Positions 10,798-21,105 of a DNA stretch of 64,000 nucleotides are shown here, piece after piece. The stretch spans positions 1 through 64,000 of the forward strand of contig MU271185.1 in assembly GCA_021432655.1 (NCBI GenBank), read 5' to 3'. The position numbers and the translations under genes were made by a program. Numbering within the stretch: position 1 is the first letter of the stretch; each line of letters begins with the position of its first letter. The stretch is from Atractiella rhizophila (taxonomy: Eukaryota). The notes beneath the pieces are model-generated. The model worked only from the letters and a program-made list of their open reading frames with translations. It had not been told where the DNA came from and searched no databases.

Positions 10798-12703
10798 GTC
10801 GACAGCCACTTATGTTTTCTTTCACGCTATCCCAGTATGTATGCAGTTAATCAGGTGGTTTATGACTTATCTGAGTTCTACTAGTACTTGCGGTAGATGA
10901 TGGTAGAGACGCCGAGATTTTGAGATACACTTTTACTCCAATGTTGTCTTCGACATGAGGAGGAGAAGGAAGAAGAGCAGATCAAGAGCGGTTCCTACTA
11001 CCACGTGGAGTACATTGACAATTGGAGATTCATAGTATGTATACTAGTTGACGACTGGGTTCTGAGGGCGTTGTGGCGAGTGACAGTAATGATGTCAGGC
11101 TTTCAGTGCATGTTGCCCTTACTCTCTCCCCACCTCACTTCCATGTATTTCGGACATGCTGATGATTCTTTGTGGTCGGATATTAGATATAGTCAGGTTT
11201 CTAACAACAACGATGCACCAACCACCGACATCATGATTCTGGCAGCGTACAGTCCTATAATGCGGGAATCTTCCTGTCCGATTGGCACTACTTCGAGTTC
11301 CAGTGACAGTGATCCCAATTCCCTGGCTCAGATTTGTCCATTTGTCCATGTAACTTCCACCGTCTTCTCTCCGACCATCTTCTCTCCAACCGAGCTGTTT
11401 CATATCAAGAAGTACTACCTAGGTCGCCTGATGTCTGAGTGTTTCCGGTGCGCATATTCCTTCTCTCCAGCATTTAAGCTTAATGACGGATGAGAGAGTT
11501 AGGCTACGGTAGCTGGGCAGTACGTTGGTTTAGGCTCAGGGCATCTTGAGCTCACAAAGTGTTGTTTTCAAAATTCGGGAAGATGTAAGAGAAACGGTCA
11601 CCGATGAATTTTTCATATCATTGATACTAATGCGCAAATCAACATTTATTACATATTTTCGGTGACCAACAGAGCAGCCCGTTAAAAACAAAGATGGCTA
11701 ATCACTCCCTATCATTTAGCCAGCAGGCACGACATAATGATCATTCAAAACGGGGCAGATGACAATCAATGGCCAGCCAGGCAGACTAAATGATCAGCAA
11801 AACGCTGGAAATGACCATAAGGTCAAGTAAAGCGACACTTGATGATCAAGTCAAGTTTAGCATTCCATGCGGAATGGTCAGCCAGATACTGCCGCTGACC
11901 ATATGAAGTTCAAGTTATCCCACAACTGAACCCACGGTGAGCAGCCCCCTTTTGGCTGATGACACTGACAATGATGATCATCGCTGACCATCCTGATCAA
12001 GCTTTTGTGATGGCCTAATCAAAGGATGGATGCAGGATCCGCGCAAAGGAGTCTGTGATTCCAACATCCGCGGATGGGAAGATCGCGGATTTCAGTGTCA
12101 AGGTAGCTATGGTCTACGGTCACGAAACTGCCAGCATAGTCGTTGCTGACACGTCGCCACCTCTCCACTCTCATGGATCTCATCTCTCATCCACTTGCTT
12201 AAGAATTTTGTTGTTGTTGTTGTTGTGATCATATTTCAGAGCTTTCAGACTATAGTCAACATAGCTCTACATTTGGGGATATCACATGTGAGAAAATGAA
12301 GATGTTAACAGTCCAACAAAGTAATCTTGGAGGTTGAATCAGAACCGAGAATATTGCGACGAGAAAGTGTAAAGGATATGAAAAAAAGCCCCCGGTAATC
12401 CCCGTTAAAATGTATGTTGGCGTGGAACGAAAGAAGCGGATGGGGGGTTACTTAAATCGCGATGGCTATTTGGTTGGGTTGTACGAGATGGGGATTGACG
12501 ATGTATTTGGTTCCTCCTTTGCTATAACCTCATGGTATATGTGTCATGGTAGATGGTTGTGTTCCTAGGAGCAATACCTTAGATGGGTCAGTGATGAGAT
12601 TGGACGTAACTCGTTTTTAGTCTTCCCACTCCTCCCTGAACTCTTCTTCCTCCCCTCTACTTTCCGCCATTTGCTTTCGCTTCTCCTTTCTTCTGTCCAA
12701 GAC

Positions 12704-15700
12704 TCATTGTGCCCTTTTGATCCATAGGTTGAATTTCCCATTCTTCCGGATGAATTCCCACACTGCTTGCGTTGCCTCCGGTTCGCTTAAAAGGTCCTTC
12801 AGGGATCGGAATCGAATGTCTTTCTTCCTGAGCCTGGCCCTGAGCTTCTTCCTTTCGTCTTCGTGTTCCTCGCATTCGAAAAATAGGTGGGTGACCGTGT
12901 CGTTCATTCCACAGAAGTCGCAGTATGGCTCGTCCATGACCCCGATGCGGTGGAGCTATTGGTTGTTGGAGATGTGTCCGCTGCGGAGTTGTACGAAGAT
13001 GGATGCTTGAGCTCGTGGCATCTCCTTAAGCATTTTGAAGGTCTGGTCCGAGGAGAGGTGACGAGATAGCGAGTGGTGGTGTTTGCCGGCAGAGAGTGTC
13101 GGGAGTTCGCTGGGTAGGAACCGACTGGTCGTTATTATGGCCTTCAGTGTGGATGGGCTTTTCGCAATGACGATGTGGCCTGTTGCTGATTCGGGATCCG
13201 TCGCGCTGTTGGCCGCCATGTCCGCTAGCTCGTTGCCTTTGACATTGTTGTGGCCTGGGATCCAATGGAGAGAGATGGAGCTGGTGGGGAAGAGCCTTCG
13301 GAATCTGTTTGCCAGCTTGTTGATGTTGAGGATCAAACCAACTCCAGGTTTGCATTTCGGTTTTCTTCGATAAACTTCTGACTGCGGCCTGAGAATCTGT
13401 GAAAATGCGTATAGACGAGACGGTTCCTCTTGAGTTATTGAGCGCAATCCCCAGTGTCAAGGCTCGATCTATCCCCATTAGTTCCGCTTCGAAGATGGTG
13501 TTATGGTCTTGGTTGCTGATCCTGTATCCCACTTTGTTCTCCGGTTCCGTCATCGCTAGCCCGCATGCCACTCCATCCTCTGTCCTTGAGCCGTCCGTGA
13601 AGATCCAAATTTCATCCTCTTCTTGCTTTAGCTTCTTGAAATCTTGCATCGCGTCTTCCTTTGAGCCCGCTATGAAGATGTCGAAAGATGGTGAGTGGCC
13701 AGGGTGGGTGGTGAAAGAAGGGATGATTTCGAGGTCCTTGGGAAAGTTGAGTTTGTCGGAGAGGAGGAGTGAATTGAGAGGAGAGAGGTGTTTCTTGGGT
13801 TGAGCAGAGTTGAGTATATCTTTTGCGATCCTGCCTGCTGGGTTGGAGTCCGGGAGGGAGAGCAGTCTGATCATTGCTCGAGTAATCGTTTTATCGAGGC
13901 GAGCCACCACTGGCGGAAGGTTGGAGTCATAGGAGAGAGCCGTTGTAGGGGTGGTGCGAAAGGCTCTGAGCATGAGTCTTTGAGCGTATCGTAGAACGAT
14001 TTCCAGCCGTGCTGCGCCGCCACTCTTCTTTCCAAGATGGTGCCAAATGATTGCGTTGTTATTGTCAGGTTTGCATCTTACGCAAATCGGCGCCCGTTCG
14101 CCGGATTGCGTCTCCCGTCGCCTATTTGCACGCCCGTTCGCCTGTTCGCCCATTTGCACCTACATCACCACTTAGCCCAATTGTGCCTATCCTCCTCTTA
14201 TTAACTCCGCGTAATCCCACTGTCACTTCCCTTTTAGTTCTCTTACATGTTTCATCTGCTCTCCTCTACGCTTTGTGGCAGTGTTATTCCGCTTGTATAT
14301 ATAGATCAGTGAGTAGTGGAGGTGACCTTAGAGTATTCTCTTAGGTTTATCTCCACTACAGGTTAGTCTTCATGTCATATCATGCTCTTAGGTTTATCTC
14401 CACTACAGACGCATCGCCTATCGGCGACCGCACATAGTGTCAGCCCTAACAGTTATCTTATCATTGCACAGATTGCAGCCTCATCCAGGCGCCGATAGTG
14501 TAGAAGTGGGATGCCTTTCGTCGTATTGGAGAGGGTCGGCAGAAGGGAGAGCGATGACTTCGCCTTCTTCTCAATCACTTTTAGGCGGGAATTGAAGCTT
14601 AACCTGGAATCAAGGAGCATTCCTAGGTGTTTCATTTCCAGCGACTGCATAATGGTTGTAGATCCAACACGAATAGTGAGGTTGCCGAATCTGGACTTCA
14701 TCTTTTTATGTTTACCATAAAGGACGAAATCCGTCTTGGCCTCCTCAAAAATAGCGCCATGTTTCTCACGCCAAGCCATTGCCTTGTCGAGCATCACCTC
14801 AAGGTTGGAAATGGCCCGTTCTGGGTTCGTCTCACGGGCATTCATGTGGACGTCGTCTACGAACCCGCATTTGAGAGAGTCCCCTTCCAGAGCCTGTATG
14901 TCAAGGAGGTCAGCATTGTAGAACAAGTATAAGATGGGAGATAAAGGAGATCCTTGAGCCAGTCCAATTCCTAGGACGAAAGGCTTTGACGTGTATCCGT
15001 CGAAGTTGTAAGTCGTTTGTCTGTCTCGCAGCCATGCCTCAATGATGTCGATCTCGCTTTCTGGGACTGATCTCTTCCTGAGGTCGTCGATTAGACGAGC
15101 GTGAACTACTGTGGGGAAGGCCCCCTTTACGTCCAGTGAAACCGAGGCTGTTACCTCTCCCTTCCTCCAGCCCTCTCTTATGAACTCTGTGACTGTTAGT
15201 AGGGCGTCATTGATGGATCTACCTGGCCTAGCTCCGAAGTGATGGGAGGGGAGCGCTCCATTGCTCTCTGCATGGAAGGTGAGTCTGGCTGAAATAACGC
15301 CGTCGAAAACCTTCGCAACGCAGTCTAGGAGGGCAATCGGCCTGTAGGCCGAAGGAGGGAGTAGTCGGCACGTTTAGGTTTCCGTAGGATGACCGTTGTG
15401 AAGTGCTTCCAGGACCATGGGTAGTATCCAACAATGTAGCAGGCGGAGAAGATGTTGAAGAGATGGTGGCATATCTCCAACCTAACCTCCTTTATCATCT
15501 TGTTGGAGATGCCCGATAGTCCTGGCGCAGAACTCGTTTTGATTCTATCTATAGCTTTGTCAATCTCTTCAATCTTTAGGGGGCGGGCTGGAGCTGGAGA
15601 AGGGGGGTGGGGATGTGGGATGTCAGAAAGGTCACATCGGCGCGCTGAGGGATTGAAGGAGGAATGGAATAGGGAGGCTTTTTCCCCTGGGGAGGATACG

Positions 15701-17059
15701 GTGTCTTCAGGGCTGTCAGGGTTGGTGAGAGGTGGGATGTCATGACACCGTTCCTCCCTTTTACCATATTTGTGAGCTGTCCAAATGGAGTTCTTGTCCA
15801 GGTCGGCGAGGAAATCTTCGAAGTGCTGGGACTTCGCTTGTCTGATGTCTGCATGGAATTGGTTAGCTGCTCCCCACCAGGTCAAGCGAGCTTCCTCCGT
15901 TGATTCCTCGCTGCCTTTCTTTTTCGCTTTGAGGAACCTGTTACGCAGCTTGTTGACCTTTTTCCGCTTTTCTGACAAGCTCCTCCGTCCACCATCGCTT
16001 CGTAGGTTGACTCTTGGAAACTCTGGGGATCAGTTTCATGGCGTCAACCAGCGCTGCGGTGAGGTGTTCGACCGCTGCATCAATGTTTTCTTTCGTCGCT
16101 AGTTCGTCCACGTCCCCTGGGATACCTGCCAACAGATCAGATTTTTGAAGGTGTTCTCTTACCAACTCCCAGTTAGCGGTTTGGAGGTTGTAGTGGCGAC
16201 ATGGATTGAATGCTGGGGGAAGGAGCGAAAGCTTGGTCACTAGCTTGTAGTGGTCCGAGTTGTGACTGTTTCCCCCTCGGTCAGTGACGCAGTATGTTAT
16301 GAACTCGTTGGCGATTTCGTTAGTGAAGATAAGATCAATGGCTGTTTCGTGTCCCAGGGCACTTATGAATGTTGGGACACCTCGTTGAGAGCATAGGGTG
16401 AGACCTATTTCCTCCATGTTTTCTAGGAGATAGTCTGCGTTGCCATCCGTGCGTGTGTACCCTTCTGGGTTCCACTCGGTGTGGTGCAAGTTAAAATCCC
16501 CCCCTACATATATCAGGTCCTCTTCTTTTAATGTTCCTCTTTCTCTGGCATCATTTAAAAGTGACATAACATTGTTAATGGTCTGTCTGCCCCCTGCCGC
16601 ATTGTATACGTTTACGACGAAGAAGCTTTCCCCCCCTTTAAGTGAAATCACCACCGCTGAAACATCAGGATATTTACTGGGAACTTCCAAAAATGAATCT
16701 CCCGAAAATGTATTAAGATTGATAAGAATAACAGAGCGGGAGACTTCTGATCTAGAGTCTGAAGTTTTCGCTTTTTTTGAAGCAATTGTTTTATAACCGG
16801 GATAACGAATAAGTGTCCCGCTGTCAGGAAGAACTGTGGGAGGCTCTTGAATTAAAATGATGTCTGCTAGACGGTCTTCAGAATTTAGAAATGAGTGCGT
16901 GATAGTTCCTCTTTTATGGTGATTTTGCTGAATGATCGTTAGAATTCTTTTAGAGGCGGATGAGTTTGGAACCATTGCTGGAGTGTGTGGTGGGACCAAA
17001 CCGCTCTCTGAACTGGTGTCGTTGACTGCATCAGGCCATGTGAAGATTTCTTCTATCAT
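12704..17059 (-). pseudogene. LINE ORF2 (APE endonuclease - RT - RNase H - C-terminal zinc finger), frameshifted and split by a solo LTR
   Basis: IIQQN, DIILIQEP, GGDFNLHH, NSDH (APE); SAPGLSGI, GFVDD (RT); IFTDGS, FEAEL, IFTDSQAA, WIPGH...GNELAD (RNase H); CDFCGMNDTVTHLFFEC. Spread over several frames. Confidence 0.92.
14063..14451 (+). mobile_element. Solo LTR (389 bp), gypsy family, inserted in LINE ORF2
   Basis: TGTCAGG...CCTAACA termini, 5-bp TSD GTTAT (14058-14062 and 14452-14456), TATA-like run near 14296. The 3' half matches the complement of ~9690-9897, which precedes the gag. Confidence 0.9.
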
Positions 17060-18905
17060 TCTACAACCTCATTGTTGCTCAATACTGGCAACTCAGTTGT
17101 TTCACTTCCCGTCTCAAGCTTGGGCGTCTGTTCTCTTCCATCATTTCCCTCCTCTTTATCCTCTTGATGAATGGGTGCCCCTTCCGGTTCGTCATCCCAT
17201 TCATCCCTTTCAAAGTATTCTCCTAGTTCTCGTTCGACTAATCTCGCTTTAGCTCTGTCAGCTCTCTTCCTAAGGCAATTGTCTCCTCCATAGGCCCCAT
17301 GTGCACCATGTCCTTTCTCGCCACAGTAAGCGCAGCGTAACGCTACCCTCACATGTGAGCAGAGTGTACCTATCGGGGTCTTATCTCCACATGGAGATGG
17401 GTCTAATCCTTCTTGCATGAAGCAGGTTAGTTGCTTTGTGCAAGATCTTGTATCGTGCTCTTCTGCGCATGCTCCGCAAACAGGTCTGTCTTTTCTATGA
17501 CAGCTTCTACCAAAATGTCCTAGTTGGAAGCAATTAAAGCATTGTGGCAAGGCTCGAATCGATTTTTCGGCGTTGAGGCGTCGACCATTGAAGAACACCC
17601 CTCTTTCAATGGCTTCATCCGCGACTTTTCCGTTTTTGAAGAAAATCAACAAGGATGAGAAGCTCTTGAGAGCGTTGCTTTCTACATTCTTGTCTTTGAA
17701 AATTTTATTCGAGACCCATTCTAGCTTTAGAACATCCATTCTGTCCAGTTGTTGCGGTCTAAGAGTAGTCTCTTGACCTGACTCTTGTCCCTTATATTCC
17801 AATCGGTCTGGACTCTGTGAATCACCACAACGTCCGTTGGAACATTTCGGGTGAAGCCCTTGAGTTCACCACAAGCATCTACCCACTCAGTGAAGGTTTG
17901 CGAAGCCCTGTCGCAATCGATGGTATCGTTGAACCATAGAGCCAACCCCCCTCCAGGTAGTTTGTCCACTGCAGAAGCAGTGACGATACTATTCTCCTGT
18001 TCTTCCGGGGTGTTGTCCCTAATCGGTTCGCTGAAGACCAATCTCTTGACTAGGGCCTCGTTAACTTGAGCAAGCAAATCCGCTTCGGATTTATCAACTT
18101 GGTGGGCTTCGGAGTCATTGGGAGGGAAAAGTGTCAGCTTTCTAGAGCGATTTCGCCTCTGGCGAGCTTTCTTAGAAGCTGCCCTGGAACGGATGGGAGC
18201 GTTCGTCGGTGCTAGGACTGAGGGGAGAAGGCTAAGCGGAGGGAAATCATTTGCATCTGGCACCCAGGTGGGTCGGATGGTGTTCGTATCATGAACACAG
18301 ACTCCCTCTGAGAGTTTGCTTTCAATCCCTTCTAGTCTGTCTAGGATCAAATCGATTGACTTGTTCGCAATGGCTTGATTACGAGTAATGCAACACATTT
18401 TGCTGAGAGGGTCTAGCTTCAGCATATGAATGGCAGTCTTAAAAAGAGTGCTAATGTTGTCTACTACGGTTTGATCCGTTTTGAATTCTCCTCTGGAATT
18501 TTTGAGCTTGTTTTTCCCGCACATATTGCGAAATTCTAAAAAGGCAAAGTCCAGAAGCTGGACTGGGTCATTCTGGGTCTCTTCATCAATGCCCAGAATG
18601 TCTACAACTCTTGGAAAGGAAGGGGTGCCATGGATGGAAAGAGGTGGAATAGACTCTCGGTTCGAAGCACTCATGTCAAGGAGGTGCGTACTGGTGACCC
18701 TTCCTCCTCTGTCGCTTTCGTCGATAGCCCTCTGGCTATTTCTCATTATTCCTCCTTTGTTGGCACTCATGGAGTGCTGATTTTGGAGAGCGGTGGGGAG
18801 GCGAGTAGAAGTTGGAGCAAATTCTACTCGCAGTTCCCCTCCTTTCCCAGGTCCAGAGTTGGCCTTTCCGCCCTCTTGTGAGGGGTTGGGGCCTTTCTGG
18901 GGCAT
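17056..18905 (-). pseudogene. LINE ORF1 (gag-like, zinc knuckles), one frameshift near 17770
   Basis: CFNCFQLGHFGRSC, CGACAEEHDTRSC, CAYCGEKGH. Colinear with the unbroken frame at 36465-38222. Confidence 0.9.
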
Positions 18906-20695
18906 GGTAGTCGGTGGGTTGTGTTGGAGAGTTGGTTTTGTTGGAATTGTTCGATGGGGTTTCGTCGTTTCTCCCTCACTTGCTTAAGAAAATGAACATA
19001 GTTTGACCAAAAGTCACATGCCTCAAGAAGATAGAGGTATCGTGCTTGAGCCCAGAGAGAGACTCTTAGAAAATGTCATGACTGCAAGGCAGGAAGGTAT
19101 GACCTATGCCCTTCCATCAAACGTTCGTTGTTACCCCGCCTTTCGTGAGTTTTCCTCCTTCTGTGGCACATGTTCGGGTGCTAACTGCATTGGATGGCAG
19201 GACAAAACTCTCCAACACTTCTACAAGCTCGGTGACAACCGTACGACCCTCCTCCTTGCCTACTCCTCTCCGATCGCTGACCTATCATGTCTGTGCTGCA
19301 AGCGCCTACAAATTTCAGAATGTGCATTCTATTCCTTATGCTCCATGGAATATCTTGTATAACGAAACCGATTGGACAGAAAGTTTCCCTAGAAGAAGAA
19401 GAAATGGTGGAACCACTCTCTGTGGCCTCCAAAATGTGGCACATATCAATGGATGAAAGCTGGGTTGAACGTTGTCATTTGCCTGTCAGTCTCCCTCCAT
19501 CTACTCCTCATCTACCTGTAGAATAAAATAATAATGACGGTGGTTCAAGAGCAGGCTCGCTTGCACGAACAAGTATGAGGACGGGAGACTTCATGGCTCC
19601 TAAACGTGCGTCCAACCCTAATGCCTCTTATGCATGACTTGTCTCAGGTTTCTGTTTCTTTTTGCGCGTGATGGTTTGCGTTTGTGGTTTAGCGGAGGGA
19701 GTGCAGAGCATAGTGTACTCGAGACGGTCGTGGGGATCATGAAGGAGGAGTTCAAGACTGCAGACAGGGAATTGGATGATATCGACATGACCATAGACTG
19801 CATGGGGCTGAGGTTCGTTTCTCCTTCCTGCACTTTCTGATATTGGTGTACTAAAATACTGATGCAATTAATGAAGACAGGCGTGCGTCGAGACCGCCCC
19901 CTTTCTCGTCAAGAACGGCGGAACGTACATCCCAGTCGGGTAACCAGTCCAAACTCCCATCACCATCCTCATGAAGGAGAGGCTCCCTTTACCTCACGCA
20001 TTTATGAAGCTTCTTGGTTAGTTATTGAGTTGCACGATACTTAAGGTCCGGGAGAGTTGTGCAAGTGATTGGTTTGGTTGCTGGAGTTCTTGTCGACTTG
20101 AAGTCGCAGCACTATAAGTTCAAAGATACAATTTGTCCCTCGAAGACGATGTAAGCTCGTCCCCAAGGGTTGAAGGAATAGTCCCATTGTTATACCACAT
20201 CTTCGGTCTTCAATGGCACCGCTTTCTGTTCTGTTAAGTAGGACATCGTTGAATGCATGAGTCGTCGCCAGCTGTAAGAACGACTCAAGTGACACTCAAA
20301 GGGTGATCGGCTGCACTACAGTGTAGCACATTTGGACGGAACTTGATGCCTTAGGCGCTTTTGCTGGGAATCAGCAGAATCATTTGCATGGCAGAAGACA
20401 TCCGTAATACACACAGAGAGCGTCCTCCTCACAAACCCAATCTCGTCATGCCCTGAAGCTTCCGAAATAGTCATCAACACCAGTTCTACTCCTTCTCATC
20501 CAACGTCATCATTGCCCGTATCCCTCATTTCCTGATTCCCCAAGAACCAGCAAATAAACACTGGGAAACCGACTCACCCCTGCAACAGGAAATAGTTATG
20601 ACCTATACCACACTGTGTTCTAATAGTGCGCATGGAAAGACTTGGTGTGGATGGGGTTCCAAGATTGCTCATACGAATCGAGCATGAGGTGTCAT

Positions 20696-20912
20696 TGTGA
20701 GAGATATGGCTCTCATTAGGCACTCAGCATGCTTTCGGTGCTTCCACAAGTTGCGGTTAGGGTTAGGGTCTTGTCTTCTGGATCCACAGCGTTTTGACCA
20801 CCGCCTTTGTGTACCCTGTGGATCCAGGTATGTAGTGTTCTTTGCATTGTGAACAGCGTTTTGACCACCGCCTTTGTGTACGCTGTGGATCCAGATCCGG
20901 CTCGTTCTCACA
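20696..20912. mobile_element. Small solo LTR-like insertion (217 bp)
   Basis: TGTGAGA...TCTCACA termini, 5-bp TSD GTCAT (20691-20695 and 20913-20917). Absent from the paralogous site near 46645. Confidence 0.85.
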
Positions 20913-21105
20913 GTCATGTGCTAGATGACTTTTGTGAGGAAGTTACATTGAATAGTGGGGAGGGACGGCAACGTTCGGAACGTATTCCAGCCATTTTCCT
21001 AGTCACCAATTTTCAATGCCGTGTTAGATGGAGAGAGATACGAACTGTGCAACCTTCTCATTGTGTCTTCTCTTGAACGCGAGTCAAATCTGATAATTCC
21101 CCACA

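Larger units (their letters stand above)
12206..18976 (-). mobile_element. Tad1-like LINE, copy 1 (5'-truncated, disrupted)
   Basis: 14-bp TSD cacttgcttaagaa at 12192-12205 and 18977-18990; (CAA)n tail at ~12208-12226; ORF1 and ORF2 domains present. Confidence 0.93.

Noticed and set aside
1..12014. Mirror repeats as H-DNA/triplex elements or as proof of a new polymerase activity
   Set aside because: Mixed-sequence and kilobase-long, so not triplex-forming. Adjacency to gaps and a clean reconstruction favour an artefact unless reads show otherwise.
19003..19530. Plus-strand ORFs MTKSHMPQED... (also ~25750-26310 and 44939-45460) as genes
   Set aside because: Stops and frames differ between copies and no family is recognisable; at most a decayed remnant.
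20757..20768. TTAGGG repeats here and ccctaaccctaac near 59013 as telomere remnants
   Set aside because: Only two units each; the first is inside an LTR-like insertion.
20786..20894. CRISPR-like repeat-spacer-repeat
   Set aside because: Only two repeats, eukaryotic context, contained in an LTR, no cas genes.
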